Shown here: one piece after another, positions 29,301 to 41,297 of the stretch
Position numbering within the stretch: the first letter of the stretch is position 1
Layout: the number at the start of each line of letters is the position of its first letter
Assembly (NCBI GenBank): GCA_965644295.1
Contig: CBFFRP010000236.1
Span: 62,001-126,000 of the forward strand
Direction: 5' to 3'
Length of the DNA stretch: 64,000 nt
Source of the DNA: Paraphysomonas bandaiensis
Lineage: Eukaryota; Protista; Chrysophyceae
Notes under the pieces: generated by a model
The model's input: only the letters and a program-made list of their open reading frames with translations
What the model was told of the DNA's origin: nothing
Databases searched by the model: none
Position numbers and translations under genes: made by a program

Positions 29301-32300
29301 AACAGCTGATTTCTCTCTATCAAGAAGGCAGGAACGACGGTACTTCCAAACCTACAGGTGAAAGAGTTCATGGGTTCCATACCATCACCAATAATTTCAA
29401 TAGCTGTTCTACCAGCAGTGGTACCCATTCGGGGCCAGTACAAAATAACATCTCGCTCTAAAGATATTGGCGCAACAGGGAGGCTGACAACCTCTGCACT
29501 GGGCTCAGAAATCTCATCAATACATTCCGCTAGTAGACGATTTGTAGTTGATGAAAGAGTTCCACCCACCCGAAGCAGCTTATCTGTGACGCAAGAGCGA
29601 GTGCTATAAAGAGGTGTGATTCCATAAGACAAACCAACTGTTTTAATCCCAGGATTCGTTGCAGGGAAAGTGCACATTACACTACGTGATGACAAAACAG
29701 TGGCTGGAGCAAATTCATTGTCCATAGAGCACACAAACTTGAGGGAAGTCATCAAATTCAATCCTATGAAATAAAAGGAATGAGAGCCATCCTTAGGAGA
29801 ACGTGGGTCCAGAGACACACTAAAAATCGACGGTTGCACAGCACACTGAAGATCTGTCTGAACCAGAGAAGTCCAACTGTCACCATCTTCAATCATAAGT
29901 GATGCGAGGTGAGAGCCTGGGTGGAGCGAAGGTATGACGCACTTTGCAGTAGACAATGAAATCAAATTCGCTTGAGTTTGGGCTCCAGAAGGAGTGAACA
30001 TGCAGCGTAATGTGTCAAAGGGTGTGGTATCAGTCACAGTCACAAGTAACTCCTGAGTACCATCGCACACAGAAGTTCTAAAGTACGTAGTCTCCAGCTT
30101 CGGCTGTACAGGAAATCGCAATTTGGCATTATTAGCTGGTCGAGTAACATGCTCCTCATACAACTCACTATTCACAGAAAGTTCAAAGTTAGGTTTCATA
30201 AAGTCTTCCCACTCCGATTGAAAATTCGCATCAACGTAATCCACGCCATTAAAAGAAACTGCAACATCAACAACATCGTACGACCAAAAAGTATGATCAG
30301 AGCAGACAATCTCTGTTGAGAACACCTTCCCCATAATTACCAACGTAGAGTTGTCAGTGTAACTTATGCGACAAGTTGCTTTGAATCTACCATCAAACAA
30401 TCTTCCGATCACATGCACATGATGCGTGCTATGGTCAGAATCACCTGACATGTAAGCGATATCTATCTCAGGCTGGCGAAACACAACGAACTGCGAACTG
30501 ATAGAAACCCAAGTACTATTTCCAGAAAATATTGCCAACTTCATAGGGCCAGTGGTAAAAAACGGTGGCGTCACGCACTCTGCAACGTCGGACTGACTTG
30601 CCATAGCGGACACCACCATTCGGCTTAAACGGGTTCTATCCCCCACAGGAATGAACTCACATGCTGTCACTTGGTCCATATGAAACCCTTCTAAACTAAC
30701 AATTGTCCCACCCAGAGAAGACCCGGAGGTAGGTCGTATTCGATCAACATGTGGGTAGCGGATGTTAATAATATCAACTTCATTGTCAGCAAAATGTCGT
30801 TTAGGTACTGATACAGACAGAGGCAACGTATCAACTACTATTTGACAGTTGATGAGAAGTTCAACGTTGTGCTGACCGAAAGATAGATCAGAAGAAATGG
30901 GACATTGAATTTCTGTGGAAGACTGAAAAATGCAGAATGCAGATATATTATCCACTCTGCTGCACCACGACACATTCGATGGGAAGAATGTACCAAATAT
31001 GTGAAGGTCATAAACAGTTGAATTGAAAACAATTGTCGAAGGTTCCATGTAGAGAATGTCACCCACCCAGTCAACAGCTAAGGGCGAAGAGGACCGCTGA
31101 GACAAGGGCACCACAGATATGTCACTTTCATAGGCGTCGTCTACACATGAAGCCAAACTTCCAGCACAAACACCGGTAACATTGTCCAACTCGTTCCAGT
31201 TAAATGGATGCGTAGGAATATTCGCTCCAAGCTTAGAGCGACCAACAGAGCGCTTCACAGATTCTAACTGCTCGTATGTCACATTTGGCAAGTACAAGTC
31301 GCAACCTGAGCTAGTCGCACACCACACATCTGGAACGCTCATGAGGTCATCCTCGGGCACACTGTTAAATAAACTCAAACTAACACTTGAAGGCAACACC
31401 TTCGAGTAGAATGGCTTTAACGCGATATCAAGCATGTCGTACACTAGAGGAATTGAATTAGTAGACGTTTGTACTCCGTCTACAACGCTGAGGAAATATA
31501 CATTCGCTATTTCTTCCGCGGGAGGTACAAAGCAATGAAGGGAATTAGCAGACATGAATGTTGTCTCAAGCTCCGTAGCATCGTTTAAAATGCATACGGA
31601 ATGGGGGCTGTATGTCCTTCCACTAACAATAATCCAAGATCCATCATACGGATCGATCTGACGACTCGATACATGATCTATAACAAGCATTCGAGTTCGT
31701 GTGAAATCATTATCAGGCATCATAACGTGTATTGATTCTTCAGAGTATAAAATTTCATTGTGATCGAAGCAAACTTTATTTCCTTCAATAAAACAGTGGT
31801 CTGTGTCCATCGAATATCTGTCATAAAAGGAGCTCTCAGTCATCTCGTAATTCTTATTATTCCGCAATATATCCTCTCTCGATACCGCTACTTCGCTTGC
31901 CTGGCGCTGAAAAACATTCTCCACTTTGGACTGAAAAGTTTCTTCATTCACAAACCACCCCATATGATAGGTATGTACATGATACGCCTCTGTGGTCACC
32001 AGTTTCTCCTCAGCAGGCATGGATTCGATGAAACCGTCAGAAGACAAATGAGAAATATCTGCACCAGATATATGATAAGATTTTGACCACACGTCGTGCA
32101 CGACATCCACAACATACAGAACCGATTCATTCCCTAAATTGACGCCAGAAACATCACAAATAAATGTTGAAACATTAAACTCAACCATATCAGAAAAATG
32201 ACCATCGACGAAACACATCCATCTGCGCCCGTCGAAGTCGTCGACATTATCTACGTATACATACAACAGTCCCTCATCAGGTGACTTCATTTCAACATCA

Positions 32301-35300
32301 AAAATATGAGGAGGGCTATCAAAAGAAATCCCCCCTTGCCACAAAACAGAACCATCTTCGAAAATAACTGTAAAGTTTTGCGCACTGAGGCCATAATACA
32401 ACTCTACATTCTCAATATCATACCGACATTCTAGAAGGTAGGTAGATACAAATACTGCTTCAACTTCCGTAGCGTCAGAGAGACTACACAAAACCTTCTC
32501 GGTTGAAACGAAGTTTCTGCCATACAAAGAAATCACAGAAACCAATTCCTCTGTGGCGAGAAGACCAACAGAATGCTGCACCTCAAACACTTCTGCGGCT
32601 GCAAGGTAGCTAAAATTAAATGCACCTGACGAGTAAGTCATCCCACGGCGTAATTTCAACTCCACACGAGTCGGTGATGGTACAGATGGAGAAACGCATG
32701 TCAAAATGGAGTCAGATTTAACAGTGGCTGCAACGTCAATGCCTCCAAACACACAAAGTACTGATGAATTTTCTACAAGGTGAAATCCCCGGCCGGTAAC
32801 AGTTATCTGTGTTCCACCACGAACAGAAGATGCTGCGGGATATATCTCTACGGCATAAATTTCCTCTGTAAACATGAAATTATTCGGCGCGGTCACCCAT
32901 ATTTCATCTCCAATGTACAGCTTAAATGATACTTCGCCAGCAACATGAGTAGGAGATACGCAGTGGAGAGAGTTGTCATCAACAAGTGTTGCGGGTGAAC
33001 TCGTGTCACCAAAGATGCAAGCAATATACGGATGATAAGTGAACCCAGAGCCAATAACAGAAACTTCAGTGCCACCGTCTGCACCTCCCTCGGTAGGACT
33101 AAACATTTCCACAACTGGAGGTGAAATATATTCGAAATATAAAGATTCAGAAACTATATTCATTCCATCCAGTGATAGTCCAACAAATACTTTGCCCTCG
33201 TGGCTAGGGGGAGTAAGACATTCGATAGCGGTGGAGTTCAATATACGTCCAGCTACAGTCATGGCGCCGAATATACACTTCAAAGTAGACACTGCAGGGA
33301 TATATAGACCAGAGAAAACGACTGTACCTCCTCCCTCCGTACATCCTCGACGGGGGCGGAGATCTAAAAGAACAACCTGATCTAAATATGAAAAAGTTGT
33401 CGTTCCTCTTGAATAATCCAAGCCGTTCATCGAAACTGATACTTCTACAGGGCCAGGCTGGGGCGCAGATGGAGAGACGCAAGTGGCTGTGCTCTCAGAG
33501 ACAACATTCCCAGGAACTGTCGAACTGCCGAAGAGACAAACGAATGATGAATCATCGCTTGAAGTAAATCCCTCGCCGCTGACAAAAACCACAGTGCCAC
33601 CGGAAAGTGGGCCATTCGACGGATATATACCATGTAAAGCAGTCTTGCCAAAGTAAGTAAAATTCTGAGATACATCAACCCACATTTCACCACCGAGATG
33701 GAGCTCAACACCCACATCACCAACACTATGAGCAGGGGCGATGCATAGTAAAGCCGTGTCATTGATAAATTCTGCGTTCACTAAAGTACTTCCGAAGCGA
33801 CAACCCAAGTTTTCACCAAAGAAGAAACCAGATCCAACTACCATAACTTGAGTACCACCTTCTGAACTACCTTTATTAGGAAATATGGATGTGGCTACAG
33901 GAGGTTTAACGTAGGTGAACATAAGCATGCCTGAGGAAACCATAACGCCGTCAAAAGTTACCCCAACCGATACAACACCGACATTTCCAGCAGGCAGTTC
34001 GCATTCAATAGATGTAGAATTCAGCACGCGGCCATCCGCAGGTTCTGACGCAAACAAGCACAGTACATTGAAGTTTACTGGGAAAGACGATCCATGGATA
34101 ACGACAGTACTTCCACCACTAGTTCCACCATACTGAGGATACAATGAGGTTAGAAAAATTTCCTCGACATAAGTAAACGTCGCCGATCCACTGGAGCGAT
34201 CGTTCCCATTGAATCTTAAAGCTAACTCCACTGAACCAGTAGCAAATGCTGGAGGGGATACACAAGAGACGGTGGTATCAGAAGTAACTGTGGCGGCTAC
34301 TTCGTTGTCTCCAAATAGACAAGATACAGATACGCCATCAGATATGCCGAGTCCAGTGCTATCCACAGTGATACCAGTTCCTCCACCCACTAAGCCAAGT
34401 CTTGGATATACAGAACTAACCTCAAGTCCGCGAACGTACTCGAAATCCACCGGGATAGCAACAACCAGTTCATCACCAAAACGAACACTTAAACTCACCA
34501 CACCAACAGTGTGGGCAGGGGAGTAACAATAAAGCGCAGTGCGGTTAATCATCGTTGCTGGTACTTCGTCGCCCCCGAAGTTGCAAACGACGCCTGTATC
34601 GTAAGAAAATCCTGATCCCACAACAGTTACTTTCGTCCCTCCATCTGTACCTCCAACAAGAGGAATGATTGTTTCCACAGTTGGAAAGGTAATATACTCA
34701 TAAGAAATGGTGTCCGAAATAAATTCCAGGCCATCCAACGATACACCCATTGACACTCTTCCAATACTGCCAGGAGGGGAACTGCACTCAATAGCAGTCG
34801 AGTTTAGTACGCGGCCCACCACGAGCACTGACCCGAAGATACAACTCACTGGACAAATTACTGGAAAATAAAATCCTGATATAATTACAGTACTTCCGCC
34901 TACCAAGGATCCACGGCGAGGGAAAATACGTGTGAGTTGTATATCGTTGATATACGTAAAAATAGCAGATCTACGTAAACGATCTACCCGATTGACTGCA
35001 ATCGATAGATCAACTGGACCAGCAGAAAGTACTGTGGGAGCCAAGCACGATACTCGGTTATCAGATAAGGCAATGCCTTTAACCTCAAGATCCCCAAAGT
35101 GGCATGTGATATCTGAATTGTCAACAAGCTCGACACCATGAGTGTAAACAGTGACATTGGTGCCACCTTGAACACTTCCCACAACAGGCCTCACATCAGC
35201 TATAGCGCCATCACTAACATATTCGAAAGGAACAGGAAGTCCGAGAGGAGACAGTCCCTCAATAACTAGTGAAATGTTTACTTGGCCTTCGGTATGAGTG

Positions 35301-38300
35301 GGGGACGTACATCGTAACAGTTCACTCGTCATGTACACGACTACGACAGAATCGTCCCCAAACAGACATGTCATCTCAACATTATCAGTGAAATCTCGTC
35401 CAATAATATCTACAACAGTTCCACCCTCAGGACTACCATATGTGGGAGATAATAGCGAAATACTTGGTGGCTTTATGTAAGAAAAGATAAGCTCTCGTAC
35501 CGGAAACGCCATCACACCATCAAGTTCAACTTGAATATCTACGCTTCCAGCATCATGTGGAGGGGAGACACATTCAAGCGTTGTCGAGGTTAGTACATGA
35601 CCTGTGAGAGATTGCGACCCGAAAAAACACTTGACCTCAGATTTCATTGAAAAGTATAAGCCCGATATCAGAATAGCTGCTCCACCGTTAGTCCATCCGC
35701 TAGCCGGAAACATACTCATCAAGATTGCTTCCCCAACATACGTAAACCTAACTGATCCCCTAGACTTATCGACTCCGTTACCAGAAACAAAAATATCGAC
35801 AGAGCCGGGCTCAGACATTGCAGGTGATAAACATGCAATGCGCTCATCGGACAGCACAGTAGCGGATACCGCAATGTCCCCAAACAAACACACCATTGCT
35901 GAAGGGTCAGCAATATCGAAGCCATATCCGTATAAAGTAACAACAGTGCCGCCATTAACTGAACCAATAACTGGTGACGCATCCGAAACGGTAATCTCTT
36001 CAACGTATGTAAAAATTGTAGGCGTACTGACCCATATGTCATCTCCCAATGATAACGCGAATGATACAACACCGACGGTATGGGAAGGGCTAGAACAGCG
36101 GATTGTCATATCATCAACATATACAGCAGGTGATATTCTATCACCAAAACGGCATCCCAATCTGCTGTGATAAGAAAACCCATTTCCCACCACAGTTACT
36201 TTGGTACCACCGTCGGTACCCCCGTCGGTAGGACTTACAGAAAGCACTCCAGGGAGCATAACATAAGTAAATTTTAGATCATCGGAGGTTACATCCATGC
36301 CATCCAATGATATCCCAATCGACACAGTGCCAGCGCTACCGGAAGGAGATTCGCACTCAATTGCTGTGGAGTTCAACACACGCCCGACAGTGGACAGGGA
36401 ACCAAATATGCATCCCACTAAGGAAACAGCAGGAAATGTGAAACCGGATACAACAACTTTAGTTCCGCCATCTGTAGGTCCGCGACTTGGGTATATGCTA
36501 GTTAGCAAAACTTCGTCAATGTATGTAAATGTTGCAGATCCACGGGATCGATAGATATCATTCGCTGTGACGGCGACATCAACAACACGTGCATTATCCA
36601 CTGCAGGCAAGCTGCATATCAGCTGCGTGTCAGACATTATCACAGCAGGTGACGCCGCCGTTCCGAATACACAAGACACTTCTTTCTCGACGATAGACAC
36701 AAACCCAGAACCCAGAATAGATATCGATTCGCCGCCAGAGAGCGCTCCAATCGTTGGACTGATAGTCGAAATACTGAACGACAGCTCAATTGAGGCAGAG
36801 TTCACATCCATTCCTAGTGCTAGTGCAAGCGCTTTGGTGAACGACTCGGAACTGCTGGATGTCCACAATGACGAATCTTTAGGGTGGTTGCTAACGTTAA
36901 AACCAGCAGATTCAAAACCAGAAGTCACGTCTTGCACTGATACTGTAACTACGGACGCGGAAAAATTTTGGGGAATAACGCATACAATTTCTGTTGCAGA
37001 CAGTGCCGTGGCATCACTCATATCAACGGTGTCCGCTGACCGAAATATACATTTAAGAGACGAATATAGAGGAAATACGCCACCAAAAACTCTGACAAAG
37101 TATTTATGACGGAGTGATGAAAAAGTCACTGCATCAATGGCGAAAATCGCCCTATCTTCAAAATCATCTGATGGCGTAGCTGGGGTCCTAACACGGGTCA
37201 AATCAACTATATTATCAGCGGTCGTTAAGTTGCCAAATTGAAGATATACTATTGCATTGTCATCACTTAGCTGAGTCGAGTCAAGTTCACAGAAAACAGC
37301 GGTCTCATTAACAACAAAAGGACGACTTGCCGTCTCACCAATGCGACAGAGTGGACTTGGAATCTCACTGAGTTCACATATCTCCGACGACCAGTGCCCA
37401 TGTATTACAGCGAAAGTAATTCCGCTTCGTTCGGCAATAGAAACCGAGATAGGCTCTCGGTTAGGGTCACGGAGGATCGAAAAATTCACAGCGTTAGAAG
37501 GGAACAACCCATCTCGACGACTGACATGAAGAGAAATTACGCCATCGATATCTTTCTCAGCCAAGTGTGGAATTACAGGTAACACGCACGATACAGAGGA
37601 CCCACGCACTACTGCTTCGACAGGTACATCATCAAACACACAAATCTCCACTGACTGGGTGTTGGTAACATCAAGGACTACAGTATCAGAACTGGATAAA
37701 TAACCGCAAACAGGAAAGAAGTCGTTTATCACAGGATTAGGATAAACAAAAAGTGGCATCAAATTGCTGGAGTATGATATTCCACTAGTGAGCTCACCAC
37801 TGATGCTAAGCCAATCGATTCGGTCATGAGGGGCAACTTCATTTTGTGAAGCAACTATAGTGCATCTGACATTCCCGGAGGCATTATCAACAACAGCTTT
37901 ATACCGCATACCGGCGTCGACAACACACATTAAGGAGTCCTCAACAAAATCTAATTCAGAATCAATTGATGAAATTATAATTTCAGTTGGGGTGTTTAGA
38001 GGGATATAGTTATATGACACAACACTGCTTTTGTGGAATCCGAATTGCAGATTCAATGCGAAAGTCTCATTATTTGGACCATACAACACTGAAACCTCTC
38101 CCATCGCAGAGACTGCGGCCTTGTTGTCAACACTCACCGCGGAGTCATCGCTAACCACAACAGGTTCGGCCATATCCAGAGGACCATTAGGGAGCTGCAA
38201 ATAAGTGAACACTCCACTGCTTGTATCAGCATTTTTCTGAATTTTAAGTCCAGAAATACTCCAGCGCGGCATTGACAAAGATATAATCTCCGGCCCATTG

Positions 38301-40527
38301 TTGACCGGAAGTACTGCAATGTTCACCAGAAATGTGATGTTGTGATCTAAATTATCCATGTTTATGAACTTGCAGTCAATTACTTCAACATGTTGATTGC
38401 GATTGCACGATGCCCGTGATGTGTAAGTAATAGACTCCAAGGCTGTTTTCATTACTGCGTATGGGGCCTGAAAGTCTAAAATGCTATCAGCTATCCCATC
38501 GCCAGCACTGAACACCAGACCCTCCATAGCTAGAGCCCCTTCCGACAGGGCCAAGTAGCCACAGTATACACTCAACTGCGATCGAAATACTGAACTATCT
38601 GAATCTATGTCATTGAGTTCGAATGCACCTAGAGCTACGGTCCCGCCCTCATGAACAACAAGATCAGGTGGTGCCTCCACTTGAAAAGGATCATCCACCG
38701 GATTTATCACAATTTCGACTTCTTCCTGAGCTGTCTTTTCTCCTCCATTGCCCAGATGCCCCATATCAGATACCGATGCAGACAGAGTGTCATTTCCTGA
38801 CCAATTTTTAATAGGAATATAAGTCATTGACTGGAGCATAGAGTTCACTACAGCGATAGTTCCAGTAACGGTATGTGACTGCGAAACCACATTAGAGTCG
38901 TACAAAATGTGACTAGAGTACTCTTCTATAGCAGGAAGAGAAATGGAACCATGAAGCACACTAATATTAAGCTGAACCTTCATTCCGGCATGCAGTCTAG
39001 AGTCGATATCACTCACGCTGACATCACACATGCGCATTTCTCTGTCTTCAATTCCAATAACAGAATGTGCTCCAACATTCAGAGACGGCTTGGCATTTTC
39101 CGAACTCACCACTACAAGTAGTTGCTCCGAGTGAGTAAATCCATCGTCAAGAGAATTAAGGGTTATCCAATCCACCACGCTACTTCGCCACTGCAAGGAA
39201 ACAGAGTGTGAGCCCGCGGGTAATAAGAGTGCGAGATTTCCAAACAGCGTATCCATAGACCGTGAGGAACCAGATACAGATGAGGCTGAATGTTTGTAAC
39301 CCACGCCATCAACCACGACACGTGTTTCAATGTCATTCAGTTTGTTCCAAATATTGGAGTCGAAGTTAGGGTTCCCGTGCTGCGTTACTGGAAGGGCGTA
39401 TGATATATGCACAGCACTTTCCTTTAAAAGAGTGAACACCTCAAAACGATTATTCACAGTGTGCCAGTGTCCATCACTGATAAGGAAGTGCCTGGTGTGA
39501 TCCTGAAATACAGGGGTTTCAAACTTTTCTAATGACACAATAATGTTCCGGGAACTAGCAAATCCCCCTAAAAATGACGGGCGCGAGTGCCAACCCTGAA
39601 AGACATCTCCCATGCGCTTCCACTGCAAGCGCACCTCATGCGGCCCTGCTGGGAGTGTAAAAGAAGCAAATGAACTCAACACACCGGGCGAAGGATTCCA
39701 AGCAGCGGCACCATGAGTGAGAGAACCCTCTACATACGCACGCTGCCCAACTTGCAATCGTGTGCTGACGAATTCCTGGTTGCGGTCCTTTATGAAGAAC
39801 GAGGACATTGCAGGGCTAACAGTCACACCGTATTCTACATGCACTGTACTCTTTTGCGTAAGAGTAACCATTACGGAATCAGTAAGATTAGTCCATTTCT
39901 TAGAATCCACGAGGTATATATCTTTGGTTTCGTGTAGAGCCCATACTTCTGCATGGTCGGTGGAAGCTGTGAGAGATATGCCGGCCCCAAAAGCGCTCTG
40001 AGCTGACTGCACTGATGCCCATTCCCGCACCTGATCACCTTGTTTTTTCCATTGTAGAGTGACATTGTGCGTTCCCACAGGAACGTAAGCGGAGAAGACA
40101 GTTCCAAGTGTACTAGTTTTCCTCGTCTCAACTAGGTAGCTCGCTGTATACGAGCTGGATGACCTGTAAGGAACCCCATTTACAAGGCACCGCATTTGTA
40201 ACGTATCTTTCACATCCTTTGGCAGCGGCTGCCCCGAATTGGAATTTCTATACGCTTCAACACTCGCATGATATTTTACTGTTACTTTTCTTGGCTCAGT
40301 GACAGTAAATATAACAGCAGAGGCGGCATCAAGTGTTTTCCACACCCCATTCTCAGATATCGACAGTGGATGTACAGGAAAATTACTCCAAAACATACCT
40401 ATAAATAAAAAAATCAGTGATATATATCACTAATATACAGGGAATTACCATGATTTTTAAATTCTTGTGTTCCACTGCATACATAACAGTGTAGAACTAG
40501 AATCACACGTGCAAGCCAATGAGGCAT
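17307..40527 (-). CDS. Giant (~7,704 aa) cell-surface multipass protein with cadherin-like, IPT/TIG and GCC2/GCC3 cysteine-rich repeats (CRMP-like architecture)
   Basis: Exon 1 40527-40449 encodes signal-peptide-like MPHWLARVILVLHCYVCSG. Then intron 40399-40448, exon 2 40398-17945 (22,454 bp), intron 17889-17944, exon 3 17888-17307. Many SPxxGxxxGGTxVxxxGxxF...CxFG...C.SP IPT/TIG repeats. CPxGxYC repeats at ~22500-24280. About 8-10 hydrophobic helices at ~18450-20010. Confidence 0.93.
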
Positions 40528-41297
40528 GAGTATTTACACGTATATTAATTTATATAATTGCTACCATTCATAAATCATATTGAATTATTAATGCCAATGC
40601 TATCTATAGCTAGCTATATGGCAGTTATTTGTTATATTACAATGATGTTATGTCTCTCTATGTGTGTCTATGTGTGTGATGTTACATACGTGTTCTATAT
40701 GCACTGGATGTAACTCTAACTCCCGTATATATACATACACTACATACTGCTGTATATATACAGAGACGTGGATGTATTCATACATGGCTTTGTAGTATAG
40801 TAGAGTACTGTAACACTCTCCACTTGTAGTTGTGAGAAACGGAACTATTGACAGCAAGTCTTACGATCTGCTGCTCGTGCTATCAACTGTGTAGAGTACA
40901 TAAAAGTCTCTATTTATATAGAAAAACTCAATTTTTATAAATCCAAAAGTTGGGAATCATAGAAAATAGCGATAGATACTGACTGGGACTGCAGACTACT
41001 GTATATCGCTACATAGATATACATACACCTGCAAGCATTATAGGTGCGTGTGCTGTACATATATATACATGTAGGTATACTGCAGTATTCAGAGTATATC
41101 TATCACAGCTTATCTATACAATCTCCTGTACATACATATATATACATATATATATAGCAACAGTATCAGTCAGTGGGCTTATCTCCCATATATACACATT
41201 AAACACACCCTCATTACCAATGACAGTCATTCTCAAACACTCCAATATAGATTAACTGATAGGTTCCATATATTAGCATGTTATTATAATTAATCTA
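40528..41297. promoter_or_regulatory. Divergent promoter region (giant receptor / PH-ANK-FYVE-SNARE)
   Basis: 770-bp head-to-head gap; A/T-run core at ~40905-40970 flanked by TACA/TATA-rich tracts. Confidence 0.5.

Noticed and set aside
18553-40131. Dozens of 60-190-aa ORFs overlapping the giant gene
   Set aside because: They are antisense or alternative-frame shadows of a long real CDS, with no independent motifs.
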